From contig OZ242180.1 of assembly GCA_965205485.1 (NCBI GenBank), positions 3,232,001 to 3,296,000 of the forward strand: 64,000 nt of DNA, written 5' to 3'. This DNA comes from Candidatus Latescibacterota bacterium (GTDB taxonomy: Bacteria > Latescibacterota > UBA2968 > GCA-2709665). The translations under genes were made by a program, and so were the position numbers. Positions 58,688-64,000 of this stretch are shown here, in pieces (position 1 is the first letter of the stretch; every line of letters begins with the position of its first letter). The notes under the pieces were generated by a model, which worked only from the letters and a program-made list of their open reading frames with translations, was not told the origin of the DNA and searched no databases.

Positions 58688-61321
58688 ATGGCACGGCCAA
58701 GAGATGTCACGCCCGCAATGGAGCAGTACCTGCGTTTCAAGGATGAACACAGAGACGCCGTACTGCTTTTCAGAATGGGCGATTTTTATGAGACGTTCTA
58801 CGACGACGCCAAGGAGGTCTCCGGCCTTCTGGGACTGGCGTTGACGTCCCGCAACAACGGCAGGGGAGGCGAAAGCGTGCCGATGGCGGGCGTGCCTCAT
58901 CACGCGCTTGATACCTACCTGGCGAGGTTGATCAAGGCCGGTCGCAAGGTCGCCATCTGCGAACAGATGGAGGCGCCGCAAAAGGGCAAGGCGGTCGTGC
59001 GGCGCGAAGTCGTCCAGGTGGTGTCTCCGGGCACCGCGCTCTCGGACAACCTGCTCGATCAGAACCGGAATAACTACCTGCTGGGGCTCTGGGTGGAGTC
59101 GAACCGGCTGGGCGCCGCTGTAGCGGATCTGTCCACCGGTGATTTCCGCACCATGGAGAGGGATGTGTACGAACTGTGGGAGGTCCTGGAGCGGATCAGC
59201 CCTGCCGAAGTGCTCGCTCCCGAGTCATGGGTCGAAGCGAATGAGGACGAGATGACACGGCGAATGCCGGGTACGCTCCTCGTTCGCGCGGAAGACTGGC
59301 ATTTCGGATTCGCGTATGCGCACGACTTGCTTCTGGAACATTTCCGGGTCAACTCGTTAAAGGGTTTCGGCTGCGACCTGCTGACGGTGGGCGTCAGCGC
59401 GGCCGGTGCGGTGCTGGCGTATCTGAAGCAGAACCAGAAGGGCGCGGTCTCGCACATCACGCGTCTGTCACGAGAGTCCGAGAGTGCGTACATGGGCCTC
59501 GATCTGGTAACCCAGCGGAACCTGGAACTGATCACGTCAATACAGGATGGCCGGCGGGAAGGGACGCTGCTGTCCCTGCTTGACCGTACCTGCACCGCCA
59601 TGGGCGCTCGGACGCTACGGGCATGGCTTGCTCAGCCGCTGCTGGAGATATCCAGAATCGAATCCAGGCAGGATGCCGTGGAAGACCTCGTACGTCATCC
59701 TGTACGACGCGAGTCGGTCCGTGAGGCCCTGAAGCACGTCGGGGACCTCGAGCGGTTGATGTCACGCATCTGCTGCGGCCGCTGCAGCCCCAGGGACCTC
59801 GTGGCGCTCAAGACATCGCTTCAGGCCATACCGGTACTGCGGGACACGCTGGATGAGGCCGTTTCGGAACTGCTGGTGAAGGCGAGATGCCACGGGTTGC
59901 CGGAACTGGGCGAACTGGTCGAGCTGATCCGCCGCACGGTTGTGGATGAGCCGCCGTTTCAGTTGAGTGACGGGGGCATCATCAGGGAGGGCCATAACGG
60001 GGAGCTCGACGAACTTCGGGACGCGGCGTCCGGAGGACGCCGCTGGGTCGCTGAATTGCAGGCGAGAGAGAGGGAACGTACCGGCATCCCGTCGCTCAAG
60101 GTCGGATACAACAAGGCTTTCGGGTACTATATCGAAATTACCAAGGCGAATATGGACAGGGCTCCGGACGACTACCTGCGGAAACAGACCCTGGTGAACG
60201 CGGAGCGCTTCATTACCCCTGCGCTGAAGGAGTGGGAAGCGAAGATCCTTGGCGCCGACGAACGGGCGAAAGAACTCGAGAAAGAGCTGTTTCAGCAACT
60301 CAGGGGTGAAGTTGAGGCCTGGGTGGACGAGGTGCAGCGCACGGCGCGCGCCGTGGCCGTGGTGGACGTGCTGGCCTGCCTGGCAGAGGTGGCTGCGGTT
60401 AACGACTATGTCCGTCCGGAAGTGGATGAATCCACGGGCATCGATATTCGGGAGGGTCGTCATCCCGTTGTCGAAGGGTTGTTGCCGGCGGGCAAGTTTG
60501 TACCCAACGATTTCTTCGTGGATGGCGAACGCGAACAGGTGCTGATCATTACCGGTCCGAATATGGCCGGTAAATCCACGATATTGAGGCAGATCGGCCT
60601 GATCGTGCTGCTGGCGCAACTGGGCAGCTTTGTTCCGGCAAGGGCCGCGCGTGTCGGTGTTGTGGACCGGATTTTCACCCGTGTCGGCGCGTCCGACAAT
60701 CTGGCCAGGGGCGAGTCCACGTTTCTTGTGGAGATGAACGAAGCCGCGAACATCCTGAACAACGCCAGCCCCAGAAGCCTGGTGCTTCTGGATGAAATCG
60801 GCCGCGGCACCAGTACGTTCGACGGGCTGAGCATTGCCTGGGCCATGACGGAATATCTGCACGACACGGCGTCCATTCAACCCCGCACGCTGTTCGCCAC
60901 TCACTATCATGAATTGACTGAACTCGAGGAATCGCTGGCGAGAGTGAAGAATTACAGCGTTGCGGTCAGGAAGGAAGGCGACAACGTCACGTTTCTGCAC
61001 CGGCTGGTGCCCGGCGGGTGCGACCACAGTTACGGCATCGAGGTGGCGCGGCTTGCCGGCATGCCCCGCAACCTGATTGCAAGAGCCCGTGAAGTGTTGC
61101 GGACGCTGGAAGCAAACGACCTGACCCCCGCGGAACGGAAGACACAGGCCTCCGTGAGTCGTGAGGCAGCCGTCGCCGGGGGACAGATGAATCTGTTCGA
61201 CCGGCCTCCGGAGGACCCGGTCCTGACCGAGTTGCGCAAACTGGACCTGGGCAAGACCACGCCGCTCGAGGCGCTTGTTACTCTGGACCGGTGGAAAAAG
61301 GAGATGGAAGGAAGGATATGA
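58688..61321 (+). CDS. mutS: DNA mismatch repair protein MutS
   Basis: FRMGDFYE, TGPNMAGKST, STFLVEM, DEIGRGTST, FATHYHEL, SYGIEVARLAG. Confidence 0.97.
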   Translation: MARPRDVTPAMEQYLRFKDEHRDAVLLFRMGDFYETFYDDAKEVSGLLGLALTSRNNGRGGESVPMAGVPHHALDTYLARLIKAGRKVAICEQMEAPQKGKAVVRREVVQVVSPGTALSDNLLDQNRNNYLLGLWVESNRLGAAVADLSTGDFRTMERDVYELWEVLERISPAEVLAPESWVEANEDEMTRRMPGTLLVRAEDWHFGFAYAHDLLLEHFRVNSLKGFGCDLLTVGVSAAGAVLAYLKQNQKGAVSHITRLSRESESAYMGLDLVTQRNLELITSIQDGRREGTLLSLLDRTCTAMGARTLRAWLAQPLLEISRIESRQDAVEDLVRHPVRRESVREALKHVGDLERLMSRICCGRCSPRDLVALKTSLQAIPVLRDTLDEAVSELLVKARCHGLPELGELVELIRRTVVDEPPFQLSDGGIIREGHNGELDELRDAASGGRRWVAELQARERERTGIPSLKVGYNKAFGYYIEITKANMDRAPDDYLRKQTLVNAERFITPALKEWEAKILGADERAKELEKELFQQLRGEVEAWVDEVQRTARAVAVVDVLACLAEVAAVNDYVRPEVDESTGIDIREGRHPVVEGLLPAGKFVPNDFFVDGEREQVLIITGPNMAGKSTILRQIGLIVLLAQLGSFVPARAARVGVVDRIFTRVGASDNLARGESTFLVEMNEAANILNNASPRSLVLLDEIGRGTSTFDGLSIAWAMTEYLHDTASIQPRTLFATHYHELTELEESLARVKNYSVAVRKEGDNVTFLHRLVPGGCDHSYGIEVARLAGMPRNLIARAREVLRTLEANDLTPAERKTQASVSREAAVAGGQMNLFDRPPEDPVLTELRKLDLGKTTPLEALVTLDRWKKEMEGRI

Positions 61322-61401
61322 GGGCTGGCGCCGCACATCCGGAGGCTGATGAACGTCTTGAATGCTGAGGGACGCCGATTAACGACTCGTCTGCCGGGTT
61401 C

Positions 61402-63618
61402 CTACAAGACGTCGTCCGATGTTCCGTTGATGCGCTGAACGGATGAGACGCCGGGCACGGAGAGTATTTTCTTTCTGAGGTCGCGGAGCTGCGCGACGTC
61501 TCTGACCTCTACGGTGAACCGGTTTCCGACATGGCCGCCGTCGGTGTTCAGCATGCCCTCGATCACGGGCACGCCCAGGCCCGATATCGCGTCGCTGACG
61601 TCGCGGAGGAAATTGGGACGGTCGACACCGCTGACGCGGATCTGCACCGTGAATGTCGTTTCTTCTTCGGAATTCCAGTCGACGTCAATCAGGCGGTCGC
61701 GGCCTTCAGGCAGGTTTGAAATGTTGCGACAGTCCCGTCGGTGCACGGAGATGCCCTTACCGCGCGTGATTACGCCGAGAACCACGTCGCCATAAATGGG
61801 CTGGCAGCAGCGGGCGAACTGAATCATCAGGTGATTCAGACTGTGAATGACGATCGGATTCTTCCGGACCGGCTTCCTGGGTTCCGCACGCTGTCGCTTC
61901 GGAGTCGGGCGGGCCGCGGGAAAGATCCGATGCACCACCCGTTCCAGCGAGACGGTCCCGTTGCCCAGGCTCGCGTAGAGATGTTCGATGTCCCGCAGAT
62001 TGAAATGTGCGGCGGCCGCTTCGAGTTTGTCTTCGGTGGTTCGTTTGCGTCTTCTCTTGAGTTCGCGGTCCAGGATGTCCTGGCCAAGCCGGACGCTTTG
62101 AGAATAGGCTTCCTCGCGCAACCAGCGCTTGATCCGGCTGCGGGCTTTCGCGCTTTTTACAAAGTCGAGCCAGTCACGATTGGGTCTCTGGTGCGGCGAA
62201 GTCATCACCTCGACGGTACTGCCCGTTTGCAGCGGGGTGGACAGGGGGACCATCTGGTCGTCCACCCGGCTGCCGGTACATCGCAGCCCGACGTCGGTGT
62301 GCACCGCAAAGGCAAAGTCCAGAGGCGTAGCGTCTTCCGGCAGCTGGATGAGGTCGCCCTTGGGGGTGAAGACGTAGATCTCGTTTGGAAAGAGATCCAC
62401 CTTCAGGTGATCCATGAATTCCCGCGGATCGCTGGTTTCGCGCTGCCACTCCAGAAGGCTGCGCAGCCAGGCCATGTGGCGGTCCATTTCGGACGGGCCC
62501 CGCTTGCCCTCCTTGTAAAGCCAATGGGCCGCAATCCCGACTTCCGCGGTCTGATGCATTTCCCGCGTGCGGATCTGCACTTCCAGCATGATGCCGCTCG
62601 GTCCCACAATCGTGGTGTGAAGCGACTGGTACATGTTGCTCTTGGGCGTGGCGATGAAATCTTTGAAGCGGGCGATGACCGGAGGATACATGGTGTGGAC
62701 CAGGCCCAGAACATTGTAGCATTCCGGTACGGTTTCAACCAGGATGCGGAGCGCGAGAAGATCGTAGATTTCGTCGAACGTCTTGCCACGCACGTTCATC
62801 TTTTTGTAAATGCTGCTGAAATTCTTCGAACGGCCCGTCATTTCGGCCTGGATTCCTGCTTTTTCGAGCGCCTCCGCAAGCGGTTTCTGCACGGCTTCGA
62901 TGCAGGACTCCCGCTCCTCGCGCGTCAGGTTGATCTTCTCCTGGATGTACCGGTACGCTTTCGGTTCCAGCCACTTGAGGCTGAGGTCTTCGAGTTCCGC
63001 GCGCATTCGGGACATGCCAAGCCGGTGGGCAAGGGGCGCGTAGATATCGCGACTCTCGTAGACCATGCGTTCCTGGCTTGAGGGCCGCATGTATTTGAGG
63101 GTGCGCATGTTGTGCAGGCGGTCCGCCAGTTTGACGAGAACCACGCGAATGTCTCTGGCCATCGACAGCAGCATCTTGCGGAAATTCTCGGCCTGTTCCG
63201 ATTCGGGGCTCTGAAAGGAAAAGTCCTTGATGCGGGAAACGCCATCCACGAGGCCGGCGATTTCGGGCCCGAAATGGGACTCGATCTGAGAGAGCGGAAC
63301 GCGGGTCTCGTTGACGACGTCGTGCAGCAGGCCGGCCGCAACGGTGGGAGCGTCCAGACCGAGGTCGATCAGGATGCGGCACACGGCCATTGCGTGGGAT
63401 ATGGCGGGATCGCCCGATTTGCGTTGCTGGTTTCGATGCGCCAGTTCGGCAAAGTGGTATGCTTTGGCAATGAGGCTCAGATTCTGGTTCGGACGGACGT
63501 CGATCGCAGCCCGGAGCAGGTTCTGAAGTTCGGGAAAAGTCGACTCGGATTCGAAAATGGCTTCGATGGCGGGGTGGGACTCGGATTCAGCCGTCAGCAG
63601 CGCCACGGAGACCTCCAT
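61402..63618 (-). CDS. relA: long RelA/SpoT (p)ppGpp synthetase/hydrolase
   Basis: KLADRLHNMRT, RFKDFIA.PK.N.YQSLHT, EVQIRT, TGS FAFAVHT, CCQP..GD, ACT domain; start near 63618. Confidence 0.93.
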   Translation of the reverse strand: MEVSVALLTAESESHPAIEAIFESESTFPELQNLLRAAIDVRPNQNLSLIAKAYHFAELAHRNQQRKSGDPAISHAMAVCRILIDLGLDAPTVAAGLLHDVVNETRVPLSQIESHFGPEIAGLVDGVSRIKDFSFQSPESEQAENFRKMLLSMARDIRVVLVKLADRLHNMRTLKYMRPSSQERMVYESRDIYAPLAHRLGMSRMRAELEDLSLKWLEPKAYRYIQEKINLTREERESCIEAVQKPLAEALEKAGIQAEMTGRSKNFSSIYKKMNVRGKTFDEIYDLLALRILVETVPECYNVLGLVHTMYPPVIARFKDFIATPKSNMYQSLHTTIVGPSGIMLEVQIRTREMHQTAEVGIAAHWLYKEGKRGPSEMDRHMAWLRSLLEWQRETSDPREFMDHLKVDLFPNEIYVFTPKGDLIQLPEDATPLDFAFAVHTDVGLRCTGSRVDDQMVPLSTPLQTGSTVEVMTSPHQRPNRDWLDFVKSAKARSRIKRWLREEAYSQSVRLGQDILDRELKRRRKRTTEDKLEAAAAHFNLRDIEHLYASLGNGTVSLERVVHRIFPAARPTPKRQRAEPRKPVRKNPIVIHSLNHLMIQFARCCQPIYGDVVLGVITRGKGISVHRRDCRNISNLPEGRDRLIDVDWNSEEETTFTVQIRVSGVDRPNFLRDVSDAISGLGVPVIEGMLNTDGGHVGNRFTVEVRDVAQLRDLRKKILSVPGVSSVQRINGTSDDVL

Positions 63619-63869
63619 CGGATTATATCGGCCCACGATTCGGGGCCGTCTCTTGGCGAATACCATCAGGCCCTTCAATTTAACATATCAACGCGTTGGA
63701 GTCAACCGGCGGCGGCGTGCGCCGGGGGCGTGATTTCTCACGATCGGTGTCCTGAGCGCGGCGTTGTTACCGGGCCTTCGTTGTTGCTTTCGCCGCAGAC
63801 TGTCCGGCCACCGGGCGGCATCTGCCGATAGATGCGATCGCTCAATGACAGGGTTCGTGGAGGTTCGAC

Positions 63870-64000
63870 ATGTCCTCAGAAGAAATCCGGGGGGTGGTGG
63901 CGGTGCTGGTAACGCCATTCGACGAACGGGAAGAAATCGTATTTGAAGATATCGGACGGCAGGTGGAGGCGGCGGTGGCGTTCGGCATCGGCGCGGTCTG
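63870..64000 (+). CDS. DHDPS-family protein, N-terminal fragment (runs off the window)
   Basis: GGAGG RBS then MSSEEIRGVVAVLVTPFDEREEI... Confidence 0.7.
   Translation, partial: MSSEEIRGVVAVLVTPFDEREEIVFEDIGRQVEAAVAFGIGAV

Overview
GC-rich bacterial chromosomal window with no rRNA, tRNA, Cas or transposase genes seen. Gene content suggests an FCB-group organism such as a Candidatus Latescibacterota or sponge-symbiont type; this is inference from the secreted WD40 proteins with EF-hand tails and the efp-accB-accC-gcvH synteny. 1-8.3 kb: 2-oxoacid:ferredoxin oxidoreductase beta/alpha, a CBS protein, an MlrC-like peptidase flanked by REP-like direct repeats, creatininase, Gfo/Idh/MocA and TrmH. 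8.5-23.4 kb is the most unusual part: six tandem, co-oriented paralogous secreted WD40 proteins (W1-W6; 14-15 blades plus a C-terminal dockerin/EF-hand-like module) that are mosaics of each other. They are preceded by a ~1.25-kb apparently non-coding leader containing a sigma70-like promoter, a ~118-bp duplication with an A7G8 tract, a conserved ~105-nt element that recurs inside the array, and ~10 degenerate 72-bp tandem repeats. 23.4-34.6 kb: minus-strand cluster with two heparinase II/III-like genes (one frameshifted), a beta-propeller, DHDPS-family, GlmU-like, MBL, AKR and tandem DUF5069-like genes. 35-64 kb: mostly housekeeping (Slt, rdgB, an orphan DnaC/IstB-like ATPase, smpB, mnmG, bioB, efp, accBC, gcvH, scpAB, cmk, plsC, rpsA, mtaB, mutS, relA/spoT) plus two ~160-bp MITEs. 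All product calls come from motif recognition by eye, not database searches.
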